Source of the DNA: Oscillospiraceae bacterium
GTDB taxonomy: Bacteria > Bacillota > Clostridia > Christensenellales > QALW01
Length of the DNA stretch: 64,000 nucleotides
Reading direction: 5' to 3'
Assembly (NCBI GenBank): GCA_022009755.1
Contig: CP091722.1
Coordinates: 852,772 to 916,771, forward strand
Shown here in pieces: positions 32,181 to 44,937 of the stretch (positions within the stretch are counted from its first letter, which is position 1; every line of letters starts with the position of its first letter). The notes under the pieces were generated by a model, which had not been told where the DNA came from, did not search any database, and saw only the letters and a list, made by a program, of their open reading frames with translations. The position numbers and the translations under genes are program-made.

Positions 32181-32908
32181 ATGAGTGAAAAATGTTCTCA
32201 CGAGGGACACAGAGAAAGATTGAGACAGCGATATATAGACGCCTCATTGGACGCCTTTGCGGATCATGAGGTTATAGAGCTTTTGCTTACTTACAGCATA
32301 CCGCGCCGCGATGTCAATGAGCTTGCACACCGCGTATTGGATACCTTCGGTTCCTTCAGCGCGGTAGCGGACGCATCCGTGGATGAGCTTTGCACGATAA
32401 AGGCATAAGTCAGAACAGCGCCGTGCTGCTCTCCCTTATATCGCGCCTGTCAAAGCGGTATGAGCTGGATAGAATACGGGAAAAGCAGTTTCTTAACAGC
32501 ACCGGCGCCGTATTCAAATACGGTCAGTCACTGTATCAGGGCATAAAATACGAATGCATGTATCTGCTTTGCCTTGACAGCAAATGCAAGCTGCTGCGCA
32601 CGGTGGAGCTTGCCAAGGGAACCATCGATTCCGTAACCGTTTATCCGCGTCTTGTTGTGGAAAAATGTCTGAGCGCACAGGCTCACAGCGTTATACTTAT
32701 GCACAATCACCCCAGCGGAGATCCGACGCCCAGCCGTCAGGATGTCGAAATGACGCGCGATATCGTAAAGGCGCTCAACACGATAGATGTGCGGGTGTAT
32801 GACCATGTAATAATATCGCCCGAGCATTGCTTCAGCTTCAACCATTCCGGCATAATTCAAAACGGCGAGGTTGCAGAGCTTCGGCGCGCGGCCGAAATCA
32901 AAAGATGA
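32181..32908 (+). CDS. radC: RadC-like JAB-domain protein; one frame break
   Basis: Pieces 32181-32408 and 32390-32908; an A3 run near 32398 appears one base short. JAB motif HNHPSGDPTPSRQD. Confidence 0.85.
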
Positions 32909-33088
32909 TTCCGTGATGCGTAAAGGTGCGCATGCACCCATGCGCCGCATTGTTTTTATAAGGCCGATACATAAAAAACGGCAGCTGTCCCTCCCCACCA
33001 TTTGAGGCGGACTTTTGACAGCTGCCGTTTTATTATTTTTGCTTAAATCGAACTTTTATGTTGAAATTTCGCCGTTTTAAAACCGCTT

Positions 33089-33888
33089 TTATAGCTCCAG
33101 CGTTTCAAGATCGTCGGGAACATAGAGATTCCCGCCGTAAAACTGCTTGCCCTCGGCGGTATACAGCGTTTTCCTTTGGAAAATATTTTTATCCTCGGTA
33201 TGATACAGCACCAGATTGCTTACCTGAAGGCTTTGTGCGGTTCTGCACGCATCTGCAACGGTGGAATGCTTTTTTTGATACGGCAAAAAAACATCCGCCT
33301 GCGAATACAGGCAAAACGCCTCATGCATAAGCCATTTGCAGCCCCTTGCATATTTTTCTTCACAGGCTCTGTACGGCTCATCACCGCAGCAGACAAGCCT
33401 TTCGCCGTCTGAAAGCTGCATGGAAAACCCGAACTGCCGCGCCTTGTCCGAGCCTATATCAAAAAAGGTTACGGCGTGTCCGATAACCGTTTTCTCTTCT
33501 CCGTCCTTCACCGGCACAAAATGCAGGCGTGAACCTATAAATGCCGTTTCCTTTTCGCTGAATAAAGCGCGGGCCATATTTCAAGCAGTGTTATGACCTC
33601 GGCATGGCCGTAGATACGGGCCTGGCCTGCATATGTGCCGCGGCTCATATTCTGCAATATCATCCTTACCATCCACACAATGCCCAAAAGATGATCAATA
33701 TGCTTATGCGTTATAAAAATCTCTCTGATATCGGGCCATGCGATACCGGCGCATTTAAGCTGGTGCAGCAGGCGGATTCCTCCGCCCCCGTCCACCAGAA
33801 AATATTTCTTCGCATCCTCCAGCACAAAGCAGGTATTATAGCATTCCGTAACCGTTGCATTGCCGGTGCCCAGCATTATAAGTTTCAT
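33089..33888 (-). CDS. MBL-fold metallo-hydrolase; one frame break
   Basis: Pieces 33535-33888 and 33089-33577. HKHIDH (HxHxDH) motif. Confidence 0.7.
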
Positions 33889-33991
33889 TTTTTATCTTTC
33901 CGCAATATTCCGTTTTATTCTTATGAATGTGCCGCAAACGGCAAGCCGTGCGCCGCCGCAAGACGGCAAGCATCGCTTGAATAAGCGGCAT

Positions 33992-35013
33992 TTATATAAT
34001 AAGCATCGCATCCCCAAAGCTGAAAAAACGGTATTTTTCCTCTACTGCCGTTTGATAAACCTTAAGTATTTCCTCACGGGAGCAAAGCGCGCTTACAAGC
34101 ATTATAAGGGTGGACTGCGGCAAATGGAAATTTGTTATAAGGCAGTCCACGCATTTGAAACGGTATCCGGGATAAATAAATATATCCGTCCAGCCGCTGC
34201 ACTGCTTTACTCTTCCGCCTTCATCCGCCGCCGTCTCCAGCACTCTTGTGGAGGTGGTGCCCACTGCAAATATGCGTCCGCCCCTTTCCTTTACGGCGTT
34301 TATCTTTTGGGCGGACTGCTCTGTTATGCAATAGAATTCACTGTGCATTTTATGCTCGGATACATCCTCCACCTTTACCGGGCGGAAGGTGCCAAGCCCC
34401 ACATGCAGCAGCACAGGAATTATCTCTACCCCATGGCCTCGATTTTTTCCAGCAGCTCTTTTGTAAAATGCAGCCCCGCAGTAGGCGCCGCCGCAGAGCC
34501 CACCTGCCTTGAATAAACCGTCTGATACCGTTCCTTATCTTCAAGGCGCTCCGTTATATACGGCGGAAGCGGCATCTGCCCCAAACGGTCCAGTATTTCC
34601 TCAAACACGCCCTTGTATTCAAACCGCACAAGCCGCTGTCCGTCATCCAAAATATCCGTAACAGTGCAGGCAAGCTCCTGTGAAAAGGTTATTTTTGCCC
34701 CTATCCGCGCCTTTTTACCGGGCTTCACCAGCACCTCCCAGGTATCGCGGTCCCTTCTGTTAAGCAGCAGCACCTGCATGGCTCCTCCGTTTTCCGTGGT
34801 GCCGAACAGCCTTGCCGGAAGCACTCTGGTATCGTTTATTACAAGGGCATCGCCCGGTTGCAGATATTCCGTTATATCAAAAAAATGCCGGTGCTCCGTT
34901 GATTTATCCGCACGGTTATAAACAAGCAGACGGGAATGATCCCGCGGTTCCGCCGGTGTTTGCGCTATAAGCTCCTGCGGAAGATAGTAATCAAACATTT
35001 TGGTGCTTAACAA
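33992..35013 (-). CDS. queA: S-adenosylmethionine:tRNA ribosyltransferase-isomerase QueA; one frame break
   Basis: Pieces 34426-35013 and 33992-34414. Motifs [21 protein letters not shown] and FYCITE. TTG start 35013 lies 7 nt after GAGGGT. Confidence 0.85.
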
Positions 35014-35095
35014 GCTTTTTACCCTCTTTTATACTTTTTGTGTGCATTTTTATGCGTGCAATGCCGCGTTATCTGCCGCGAAGGCGAAGCGGCAA

Positions 35096-36129
35096 TCACT
35101 GCTTGCAGTCCGGCGCATCGCTTTGTCCCGGCACGGGGCGCCCCATATGACGGTATGCCGCCGGAAGGGCTATCCTGCCCCGGGGAGTACGCGATATGAA
35201 CCCCAGCTGCAAAAGAAACGGCTCCACGACATCCTCTATCGTAACATCCTCGTCCCCCGTGGAGGCCGCCAAAGTATCAAGCCCCACCGGGCCGCCGCCG
35301 AATTTATCCACTATTGCACTTAATATTCTGCGATCGTCATCATCCAGCCCAAGCTCATCTATGCCCAGCATATTCAGTGCCGAATCCGCTACCTCGCCGG
35401 TTATAACGCCGTCTGCATGTACCTGAGCGTAATCGCGCACGCGCTTTAACAGCCTGTTTGCAATACGCGGAGTCCCGCGGGAACGCCTTGCAAGCGCCAT
35501 GCAGCCCTCCGGCCGGGTTTCAACACCAAGGATTGCCGCGCTGCGCGTAACTATCCTGTTAAGCTGCTCCGGCGTGTACATATCCAGCCTGCAAATAACC
35601 CCGAAACGGTCCCTTAACGGCGATGTAAGCATGCCTGCCCGCGTAGTGGCGCCGATCAGCGTAAAATGCGGCAGATTCAGCCGTATGCTGCGCGCCGACG
35701 GGCCTTTACCCACCATTATGTCCAGCACATAGTCCTCCATTGCAGGATAGAGCACTTCCTCAACGCTGCGGTTAAGCCGGTGTATTTCATCAATGAACAG
35801 CACATCATTTTCCGCAAGATTTGTAAGTATTGCCGCAAGGTCCCCCGGACGCTCTATGGCCGGGCCGCTGGTCACGCGGATGGATACCCCCATCTCCGAT
35901 GCAATTATGTTTGCAAGGGTGGTTTGCCAAGCCCCGGAGGGCCGTAAAGCAGCACATGGTCAAGGGCCTCACCGCGCCCCTTGGCCGCCGTTACATACAT
36001 GGAGATGAGCTTTTTCACCTTTTCCTGTCCGACATATTCCTCAAATGAATGCGGACGAAGCGAAAACTCCTGCTCAATATCCTCCTGTTTGAATTCCGAG
36101 GTAATAACTCTTTGATCTCGCTGAATCAT
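35096..36129 (-). CDS. ruvB: Holliday junction helicase RuvB; one frame break
   Basis: Pieces 35905-36129 and 35096-35893. Adding one A at 35923-35925 restores Walker [20 protein letters not shown]. Confidence 0.9.
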
Positions 36130-36216
36130 TCCTGCTCCTTATTCCTTGCACCGGGTGCATTGTCTATCTGCAATTTCCGCCGCGAACCCTCCTGCGGCGC
36201 CTATTCATAAAGGCGC

Positions 36217-36810
36217 CTATGCCCTGCCCATTCCCGAAAGGGCGCGCCGTATAAGCTCCTCCACGCTGCCCGCCGCTCCCGCAGCATCTATTGCGCTTAC
36301 CGCCTCTGCCCGCGTAAAGCCTAACGCCATAACCGCCGTTATTGCCTCCTGCGCCATATCCTCCGAGGCCGCGCTTTCTCTTTTTACCGCAGGCGCGCTT
36401 ATAAGCTCATCGTTGTCTATGCTGCCTCTTAATTCAAGTATCATCCGCTGCGCCAGCTTATTGCCCACTCCCGCGGCTCTTGTAAGGGTTTTCACATCCC
36501 CTGTTACAATAGCCAATGCAATGTTGTGCGCCCCTATCCCGCTTATCATGGAAAGCGCGGATTTTGCGCCCACGCCGCTTACGGAAAGCAGCCTTTGGAA
36601 CATCGCCCGCTCCTGTGTGTCGGCAAAACCGTAAAGGGAGATATCATCCTCTCTTACCGTCTGATGCAGATAAATTTTAACAGCACTGCCTATCGGAACA
36701 CCGTCGATGCAGGATGCAGAAGCATATATTTTATAGCCTATACCGCAGCACTCAACGGTTATACCGTCCTGCGCTGCCTCTTCAAGAGTTCCCTTTATAT
36801 ATGAATACAT
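36217..36810 (-). CDS. ruvA: Holliday junction DNA helicase subunit RuvA
   Basis: Start MYSYIKGTL at ATG 36810. HhH region LLSVSGVGAKSAL. Confidence 0.85.
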   Translation of the reverse strand: MYSYIKGTLEEAAQDGITVECCGIGYKIYASASCIDGVPIGSAVKIYLHQTVREDDISLYGFADTQERAMFQRLLSVSGVGAKSALSMISGIGAHNIALAIVTGDVKTLTRAAGVGNKLAQRMILELRGSIDNDELISAPAVKRESAASEDMAQEAITAVMALGFTRAEAVSAIDAAGAAGSVEELIRRALSGMGRA

Positions 36811-36882
36811 CCGGTTTATCCTCAATTTCTTTTGAATTTACCGCAAAAGCATCGCTTTTATCCCGGCGCAGCGCCGGCCGTG

Positions 36883-37377
36883 CTATATGATACGGAAATC
36901 TCCGCCCATTCTGCCGGAGTGAGCATGGCATATTGCCACCGCCAGCGCATCCGCAGCATCATCGGGCCGCGGGATTCCCTCCAGCTTAAGCAGCGAAGCC
37001 ACCATTATCTGAACCTGACGCTTTTCGGCGCGTCCGTACCCCGCAACCGCCTGTTTTACCTGAAGCGGCGTATACTCATATAGGTTTGCGGTGCGCAGAG
37101 AACACGCAGCAAGCAGTACGCCGCGTGCTTGAGCAACATTTATTGCGGTTGTTACATTCTGGTTAAAAAAAAGCTCTTCAACAGCAATCGCCTCCGGCGC
37201 AAGCTGATCTATCAGCGTCAGTACATCCGTGTGGATGGTTCTCAGCCTTACCGGCGTAGGCATGCCCGCCGGAGTGGATATTATGCCGTAATCCAATACT
37301 TTATGGCGGAAGCCGTCGCTTTCTATAAGCCCGTAACCCAGTGTTGCAAGCCCCGGATCAAAACCGAGAATTATCAT
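36883..37377 (-). CDS. ruvC: crossover junction endodeoxyribonuclease RuvC
   Basis: Start MIILGFDPG at ATG 37377. RNase-H-like fold motifs (AVEELFF, ADALAVAICH). Confidence 0.85.
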   Translation of the reverse strand: MIILGFDPGLATLGYGLIESDGFRHKVLDYGIISTPAGMPTPVRLRTIHTDVLTLIDQLAPEAIAVEELFFNQNVTTAINVAQARGVLLAACSLRTANLYEYTPLQVKQAVAGYGRAEKRQVQIMVASLLKLEGIPRPDDAADALAVAICHAHSGRMGGDFRII

Positions 37378-37798
37378 TTTCACCTCAAAGCAGTAACCGA
37401 AAAAATGCCGGAAACCGATAATAACTCAAACTGTAATCTTATTCAATATAATATCCCAGTATTAAAATATAGTCAATCCTTTTATTTTCGCGCCGCAGCT
37501 GTATTGCAATTTAATAATTGCGGTATTCAGTAAAAAAATTAATACACAAAACGCCTGCGTATTTTTTTCCGTGTGCGGCACTTATGTCCGCCGCAATTCC
37601 ATTTGCACGCACGATGGCACAGCCCCGCTCCCATAGGCAGCGGCAGGTTTTTACGATACAGCATCTGCCCCTGAATAATTTACAAAATGTAAACAAAATA
37701 TCCCCCGTCACGGCTCACAGGAGCCGCGCAGGAATGTTGCGGAATTTGCTTTTTTTGAAGTATAATTATATATAATGATTGAATGATCGGAGAACAGC

Positions 37799-38407
37799 AT
37801 GGATAATTTGGCATCAATCTTTGCTCAGAATCTGGTTAAACTCAGGTCTGCCCGGCATATAACGCAGCTTGAGCTGGCCCATGAGCTTAATTATTCAGAT
37901 AAAGCGGTATCCCGTTGGGAACGCGCTCAGGCTATCCCTGATGCAAAGGTGCTTTTGCAGCTTGCGGAACTGTTCGGAGTAACCGTTGATTATCTTCTGC
38001 ACGAGCACCCGGAGCTGGAATATACCGAGCCTCTTCCGGAAAAGAAAATAAACTATAAGGCAATAATCATAATCTCCCTTTTGGGGGTGTTTACCGTTGC
38101 CCTGCTTTGCTTTATCGTGCTGCACCTTACGGGCATGACCCACTGGATGATATTTCTCTACGCTCTCCCGGCCGCGCTTATAACCTGGCTTGTGATGAAC
38201 TCCGTATGGTACGGCGGGAAAAGAAACATACTTATCATCTCCGGGCTTATATGGAGCATACTTTTGGTGCTTTACCTTTCTTTTCTCGTGTATGCCGGCT
38301 CAAATCTGTGGCCGCTGCTGCTGCTTGGCATTCCTGCCCAGATAATTACCCTGCTGTGCTTCAAAATAAAGCTTCCGAGTCCGCTGGATTTGCTTCGTAA
38401 GCGCTAA
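37799..38407 (+). CDS. XRE-family HTH protein with four C-terminal TM helices
   Basis: HTH ITQLELAHELNYSDKAVSRWERAQ followed by hydrophobic helices. Confidence 0.65.
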   Translation: MDNLASIFAQNLVKLRSARHITQLELAHELNYSDKAVSRWERAQAIPDAKVLLQLAELFGVTVDYLLHEHPELEYTEPLPEKKINYKAIIIISLLGVFTVALLCFIVLHLTGMTHWMIFLYALPAALITWLVMNSVWYGGKRNILIISGLIWSILLVLYLSFLVYAGSNLWPLLLLGIPAQIITLLCFKIKLPSPLDLLRKR

Positions 38408-38649
38408 AAAATGCGCATCTCACGGCACTCTTGTATTCTGAGAATTACATTTTTAAGCTCGCCCATTGTGAGAATGTGCGGGCTTTTTCTCTACAACGCC
38501 GGGTCAAAGTTGTATAGTGCCCGAAATTGCATATTTCCTTGCGGCAAACACGCAACAGGCATATAATAGCAGCATAAGCACAGCATAAATATACGGCTGG
38601 AACTATAATGAAATATCATAAATAAGCAAGAATGAGAGGCTGATTTTTT

Positions 38650-39534
38650 ATGAACAATTATGTTTTAAGCTGCTGCTCCACCGTTGACCTGACGGCAGAG
38701 CATTTATCAAAACGCAGCATAAGCTACATCCCGTTTCACTTTTATATAGACGGCGTGCATTATTTCGACGATCTCGGGCAAAGCATGAATCTTGACGATT
38801 TTTATGCACACATCGCAAACGGCGCAATCACCAAAACCTCGCAGATAAACCCCGATGAATTTACCGTATACTTTGAAAAAATTCTCTCTCAGGGGCAGGA
38901 TATACTGCATCTTTCCCTTTCAAGCGGCATTTCCGGTGTGTATAACTCCGCCCGCCTTGCCGCCGATGAGCTTAAGACCAAATATCCGGAAAGAAAAATT
39001 TATATTGTAGATTCATTGGCCGCCTCCTCCGGATACGGGCTGCTTATGGATACTCTTGCCGACCTCCGGGACGGCGGCGCAAGCATTGAAGAGGCGCGCG
39101 ATTGGGCGCTTTCCCACCGTCTGGAGCTTCATCACTGGTTCTTTTCAGGCGATTTAACCTGCTATGTGCGCGGCGGCAGAATATCACGCACTGCCGGCCT
39201 GTTCGGAACGCTTCTGCACATCTGCCCTCTGCTTGATGTTGATGCCGCAGGGCGGCTGACTCCGCGCTTTAAGATTCGCGGCAAGGACAAGGCTATCCGC
39301 GCCATTGTTGAGCAGATGCAGCTGCACGCAAGGGACGGAAGCGGCTATGACGGCAAATGCTATATTTCGCAGTCTGCCTGTATGGAGGATGCACAGCAGG
39401 TAGCAAAGCTGGTGGAAGAAAGCTTCCCGAAGCTTGACGGAAAGGTTGAAATCAACAATATCGGGCCTACGATCGGCAGTCACACCGGCCCGGGCACCGT
39501 CGCCCTGTTCTTTTGGGGAGATAAACGCATCTGA
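38650..39534 (+). CDS. DegV family fatty-acid-binding protein
   Basis: 294 aa with typical DegV layout (SCCSTVDL, TSQINPDEF, LSSGISGVYNSA, GPGTVALFF). Confidence 0.8.
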   Translation: MNNYVLSCCSTVDLTAEHLSKRSISYIPFHFYIDGVHYFDDLGQSMNLDDFYAHIANGAITKTSQINPDEFTVYFEKILSQGQDILHLSLSSGISGVYNSARLAADELKTKYPERKIYIVDSLAASSGYGLLMDTLADLRDGGASIEEARDWALSHRLELHHWFFSGDLTCYVRGGRISRTAGLFGTLLHICPLLDVDAAGRLTPRFKIRGKDKAIRAIVEQMQLHARDGSGYDGKCYISQSACMEDAQQVAKLVEESFPKLDGKVEINNIGPTIGSHTGPGTVALFFWGDKRI

Positions 39535-39606
39535 CAGCTGCAAGGTGCCGTAAAGCAGAAATGCATCCGGCCCATACAGTACAAACCCGGCTCAGTGCCA
39601 AAAAAC

Positions 39607-39637
39607 AAATACCCACCCGCATAGCGGGTGGTTTCTT
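39607..39637. terminator. hairpin terminator after degV; copy 2 of the 25-nt element
   Basis: CCACCCGC-ATA-GCGGGTGG followed by TTTCTT; preceded by an A-rich run. Confidence 0.6.
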
Positions 39638-39667
39638 CATATCATAATAGAACTAATTTCGGTATAC

Positions 39668-39705
39668 AAAAGCGCAGCTCCTGCAATCAGCAGGAGCTGC
39701 GTTTT
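39668..39705. terminator. bidirectional terminator after rplQ
   Basis: Perfect 12-bp stem CGCAGCTCCTGC / GCAGGAGCTGCG, AATCA loop, flanked by AAAA and TTTT. Confidence 0.8.
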
Positions 39706-39718
39706 ATAAGCTATTAAA

Positions 39719-40230
39719 TCAAACCAGCTCAAGAATAACGATCTCGGCTGCGTCACCGCGGCGCGGACCCTTCTTGATAATGCGGGTATAACCGCCGCCC
39801 TGACCCTTTTCGTCACGGCGTGCCTTATACTTAGGCGCAATCTCTCTGAACAGCTTTCCACAACGGGATTATTGACCTCTGCTGTCTTAACCTTAAAGGT
39901 CTTTTTGTCCTCGCCCTTAGCCATCTGCTGGGGCGCATTGTAGAGATAGCTCATGATCTGACGGCGCGCATGCAGCTTGGAAGGAGAATCATTGGTGAAT
40001 GTGGTCTCCACAATCTGCTTCTTCTCGTTAAGAACCTTTTTGGTTACCTCAACGGTATTATCGCACTCGTTGATTGCAGTGGTGATTATTTTTTCCGCTA
40101 TTTTGCGAACTTCCTTGGCGCGGGCCTCGGTGGTCTCAATGCGACCGTTCGCAATCAGAGCCGTAACCAGGCCGCGCAGAACCGCATTTCTTTGGTCCGT
40201 GGGACGGTTGAGCTTTCTGTTGCTCGCCAT
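39719..40230 (-). CDS. rplQ: 50S ribosomal protein L17; one frame break
   Basis: Start [19 protein letters not shown]. Adding one base to the run at 39855-39857 restores ...[47 protein letters not shown] with the stop at 39719. Confidence 0.9.
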
Positions 40231-40246
40231 TTTGTTTACCTCCTAA

Positions 40247-41194
40247 TTAATCCTCGCTTTTGTTGAGTGACAGGCCTAACGACGCAAGACGCTGACGCAC
40301 CTCGTCCAAAGATTTCCTGCCGAGGTTGCGCACCTTCATCATATCTACTTCATCACGCTGAATGAGCTCGTCCACGGTATTGATACCGGCACGCTTCAGG
40401 CAGTTATAGGAACGAACCGAAAGATCAAGCTCGTCAATGGTCATTTCCAGAACCTTGACCTTCTGCTCGGCCTCCTTCTCCACCATCATCTCAAGCCCGC
40501 CAACATTTTCGGCAAGATTGATAAAGAGCGCAAGATAATCGTTCATAATCTTTGCAGACAGGCTTACCGCTTCCTTGGGATTGATGCTTCCGTTGGTCCA
40601 TACCTCAAGGGTAAGCTTATCATAATCGGAAACGCGTCCCACGCGGGTGCTGTCCACGGTATAGTTAACTTTGGTGATAGGCGTATATATGGAATCAACC
40701 GCAATGGTATCAATGGGCATATCGTCATATTTGTTATCCTTGGAGCAAACATAACCTATTCCCTTTGCAAACACCATTTCGATATTGAGTGATGCGCCCT
40801 CAGCCAGCGTTGCAATAACATGATCGACATTGACGATCTCAAGATCGCTGTGACCGAGTATATCGCCGGCAGTAACAACGCACGGTCCTTTTGCACGGAT
40901 ATTTGCTATCACCGGGCCGTCCGAATGGAGCTTTGCAGAAATTCCTTTGATGTTAAGCACAATTTCCGTAACATCCTCGCTCACGCCCGGAATAGTGGAA
41001 AACTCATGCATAACGCCGTCTATGCGAATGCTGGTAACCGCAACTCCCGGCAGGCTGGAAAGCAGTATTCTTCTCAGAGAGTTGCCCAGCGTATTGCCGA
41101 AGCCTCTCTGAAGAGGGCCTGCTACAAACTTGCCGTAAGTGTTGTCTTCCGACAGCTCCAGACATTCTATCGTAGGCTTTTCTATTTCTATCAT
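40247..41194 (-). CDS. rpoA: DNA-directed RNA polymerase subunit alpha
   Basis: 315 aa. N-terminal domain [20 protein letters not shown] and C-terminal domain [17 protein letters not shown]. Confidence 0.95.
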   Translation of the reverse strand: MIEIEKPTIECLELSEDNTYGKFVAGPLQRGFGNTLGNSLRRILLSSLPGVAVTSIRIDGVMHEFSTIPGVSEDVTEIVLNIKGISAKLHSDGPVIANIRAKGPCVVTAGDILGHSDLEIVNVDHVIATLAEGASLNIEMVFAKGIGYVCSKDNKYDDMPIDTIAVDSIYTPITKVNYTVDSTRVGRVSDYDKLTLEVWTNGSINPKEAVSLSAKIMNDYLALFINLAENVGGLEMMVEKEAEQKVKVLEMTIDELDLSVRSYNCLKRAGINTVDELIQRDEVDMMKVRNLGRKSLDEVRQRLASLGLSLNKSED

Positions 41195-41237
41195 TATCGT
41201 AACCCTCCTGAATGATTTTTGAGGGAACTAAGCCCCA

Positions 41238-41861
41238 TTATTTAGAGTACAACTCAACGATGAGATGCTCAGCAATTGCAAGATCAATCTCCTCGCGTTT
41301 GGGAATGCTCAGAACAGTTGCGGTGAGCTTGGGAGCATCAAAGCTCAGCCACGCAGGGATCAGCTTGCCGGTGCCCTCGCGCATTGCCTTGTACACTTCC
41401 ATCTCCTGAGTTTTTTCTCTCAGAGTAATCACATCGCCGGGCTTAACGATAAACGACGGAATATCCACACGCTTGCCGTTTACACGGATATGACCGTGGT
41501 TAACCAGCTGACGGGCCTGTGCTCTGGAGGCACCGAAGCCTACGCGGTAAACCACATTGTCAAGTCTGCGCTCAAGCATGGAAAGCATATTCTCGCCGGT
41601 TACGCCCTTTTCGCGCTCAGCAAGCTCGAAATAATGACGGAACTGCTTCTCAAGTACGCCGTAGGTACGCTTTGCCTTCTGCTTCTCGCGAAGCTGGAGA
41701 CCGTACTCACCTGTTTTCTTTCTTCCGTTGCCATGCTGTCCGGGAACGGTTCCGCGCTTTGTAACAGGGCATTTATCGCCGTAGCAGCGGTCGCCCTTAA
41801 GGAAAAGCTTCTGATTCTCTCTGCGGCACTGACGGCAGACAGCTTCTGTATATCTGGCCAT
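41238..41861 (-). CDS. rpsD: 30S ribosomal protein S4
   Basis: Start [26 protein letters not shown]; 207 aa. Confidence 0.95.
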   Translation of the reverse strand: MARYTEAVCRQCRRENQKLFLKGDRCYGDKCPVTKRGTVPGQHGNGRKKTGEYGLQLREKQKAKRTYGVLEKQFRHYFELAEREKGVTGENMLSMLERRLDNVVYRVGFGASRAQARQLVNHGHIRVNGKRVDIPSFIVKPGDVITLREKTQEMEVYKAMREGTGKLIPAWLSFDAPKLTATVLSIPKREEIDLAIAEHLIVELYSK

Positions 41862-41876
41862 TTCTTTTTCCTCCTT

Positions 41877-42281
<405 letters not shown>

Positions 42282-42304
42282 TTACTGTTCCTCCCTTTAG
42301 CTAT

Positions 42305-42676
42305 TTAGTAGCTTTCTTCTTGCCTGCAACGGGCTTTGGGGCCCTTGCGGGTGCGTGCATTCTGCTTGGTGCTCTGACCGCGGACGGGCAGACCCTTGCG
42401 ATGACGGACACCGCGATAGCAGCCTATTTCGACAAGCCTCTTGATATTGAGCGATACCTCACGGCGGAGATCACCCTCAACCTTGATATTTTTATCGATG
42501 TAATCTCTTAAAAGGTTTACTTCGTCATCGGTAAGATCCTTTACTCTGGTGTCCGGATTGATTCCGGTAGCCTCAAGTATCTGCTTAGAACGCGCAGGAC
42601 CGATACCGTATATGCTTCTTATGCCAACTTCGATACGCTTCTCTCTAGGAAGATCGACTCCGGCGATACGTGCCAT
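42305..42676 (-). CDS. rpsM: 30S ribosomal protein S13
   Basis: ATG 42676, start [14 protein letters not shown]. Confidence 0.95.
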   Translation of the reverse strand: MARIAGVDLPREKRIEVGIRSIYGIGPARSKQILEATGINPDTRVKDLTDDEVNLLRDYIDKNIKVEGDLRREVSLNIKRLVEIGCYRGVRHRKGLPVRGQSTKQNARTRKGPKARCRQEESY

Positions 42677-42873
42677 TATTTTTCCCTCCGTAAATATTTT
42701 TGGATAGATGGTATATGTTAAATCCACGAACAAGCATTTCTGCTCAGCCGCGTTCGTTCGGATTTGTTTTCCTTGGGCGTCTGCCCTGATTCAACCGCTT
42801 ATGCGGGCGGCATTTTCCTGTGTAAACGCACCAAACGGCCCAAGGATATTCCCTGAGCCTTGATGCACTTTCA
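42677..42873 (-). promoter_or_regulatory. unusually long structured spacer / leader between rpmJ and rpsM
   Basis: 197 nt. 8-bp long-range stem 42771-42778 with 42838-42845, enclosing CCGC-ATAA-GCGG. Second stem is AATCC..ACGAAC / GTTCGT..GGATT. Confidence 0.45.
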
Positions 42874-42990
42874 TCAGCCCTGTCTTTGCTTGTGGCTCTT
42901 ATCGGCAGAGCAGATCACCATGACCTTGCCCTTTCTTTTGATCACCTTGCATTTATCGCACATGGGCTTTACGCTCGGTCTAACTTTCAT
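42874..42990 (-). CDS. rpmJ: 50S ribosomal protein L36
   Basis: [38 protein letters not shown]. Confidence 0.95.
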   Translation of the reverse strand: MKVRPSVKPMCDKCKVIKRKGKVMVICSADKSHKQRQG

Positions 42991-43018
42991 TTTGACTTCC
43001 TCCTTATAGAAATCGGGA

Positions 43019-43240
43019 TTAACCCTTGCTTCTCCAAATGATACGGCCCTTGGTAAGATCATACGGGGATATCTCCACCGTAACATGATCGCCCTGGAGC
43101 ACCTGTATATTGTTCATGCGCAGCTTGCCGGCAATATGAGCAAGGATTACATGCCCGTTTTCCAGCCTTACCTGAAACACCGCATTGCGCAATGTTTCTT
43201 CAACTACGCCGCCTACCTCAATTACATCGTCCTTCGACAT
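43019..43240 (-). CDS. infA: translation initiation factor IF-1
   Basis: 73 aa, S1-like fold, [30 protein letters not shown]. Confidence 0.95.
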   Translation of the reverse strand: MSKDDVIEVGGVVEETLRNAVFQVRLENGHVILAHIAGKLRMNNIQVLQGDHVTVEISPYDLTKGRIIWRSKG

Positions 43241-43263
43241 GACTTCACTCCTATTACGCTGGA

Positions 43264-43536
43264 TTAACGCATCGCAGCAGCAAGTGCCGCGCGCACTTCG
43301 CTGTCGGAAACGGGTTTGTTCTGCGACAGCTTTTCGGCTATTCCTTCGGCACGCATCGGCGTGGCCTTCAGATGCTTAAGCCGCTTTTTCTTTGGGTCGG
43401 ACACGCGCCGGAGATCCCCGTCCGCAATAAGAACGAAATCCCCCTGACAAACACCTACTATTATATAGTAGCGATCCCTGTCCCTTCCCATAAGGGAAAG
43501 TACGATCGTGCCCAAGCTGTAATCCGGTCGGTTCAA
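43264..43536 (-). CDS. KOW-domain RNA-binding protein
   Basis: 90 aa. TTG start lies 5 nt after GGAGG. KOW-like [20 protein letters not shown]. Sits between map and infA. Confidence 0.65.
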   Translation of the reverse strand: MNRPDYSLGTIVLSLMGRDRDRYYIIVGVCQGDFVLIADGDLRRVSDPKKKRLKHLKATPMRAEGIAEKLSQNKPVSDSEVRAALAAAMR

Positions 43537-43547
43537 GCCAGCCTCCT

Positions 43548-44306
43548 TCAGACGGAAACATCCGGAGCCGTAAGAATTACCGGACCTCCATCCACTATTG
43601 CAATCGTGTTTTCATAATGTGCGGATGCTTTACCGTCCACCGTCACCGTTGTCCAATCATCCGAAAGGATCCTGACCTCATCTCTGCCGAGATTTATCAT
43701 GGGTTCAATAGCCAGCGTCATACCATCGCAGATACGCAGTCCGTGTCCGGGCTTGCCGTAGTTGGGAATGGACGGGCTTTCATGCAGTTCGATTCCCACA
43801 CCGTGGCCCGTAAAATCCCTCACAATGCCGTAGCCATATGGCTTACATATTCCTCAACCGCGTGTCCTATATCCGAAATGCGGTTTCCCTTTACCGCCTG
43901 CTTCATGCCGGCATAAAAAGAACCTCTGCACACATCGATAAGCTGCTGCTTCTCTTTTGATATATTGCCCACGGCAAAGGTACGCGCCGCATCGGTATGA
44001 ACCCCTTTATAGTGCACCCCGACATCCAGCGAAATGATATCCCCTTCCTCCAACACACACTCCGATGACGGAATTCCGTGAATTACCACTTCGTTCTTGG
44101 AGGTGCATATTGAGCCGGGAAAACCGCCGTAGCCTAAAAAGGTCGGATCAGCACCATTGCTTATTATATAACGATGTGCGATTTTATTCAACTCTTTTGT
44201 TGTAATTCCGGGACGAATTTCGCTTTAACAGCTCTAAAGTGTTATAAAGCAGTCTTCCGCTCTGTACCATCGCCCTGATTGTTTCAAGAGTCTTAATATA
44301 CAGCAT
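43548..44306 (-). CDS. map: type I methionine aminopeptidase; at least two frame breaks
   Basis: Pieces 43548-43823 and 43820-44191, plus an N-terminal segment from ATG 44306. Metal-ligand regions [17 protein letters not shown] and [12 protein letters not shown]. Confidence 0.9.
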
Positions 44307-44308
44307 TT

Positions 44309-44931
<623 letters not shown>

Positions 44932-44937
44932 TTATCC

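Noticed and set aside
42791-42874. 27-codon ORF ([27 protein letters not shown]) whose ATG overlaps the rpmJ stop (TGATG).
   Set aside because: The region is better explained by the RNA helices it contains. There is no independent RBS and no recognisable peptide features. It cannot be supported from sequence alone.
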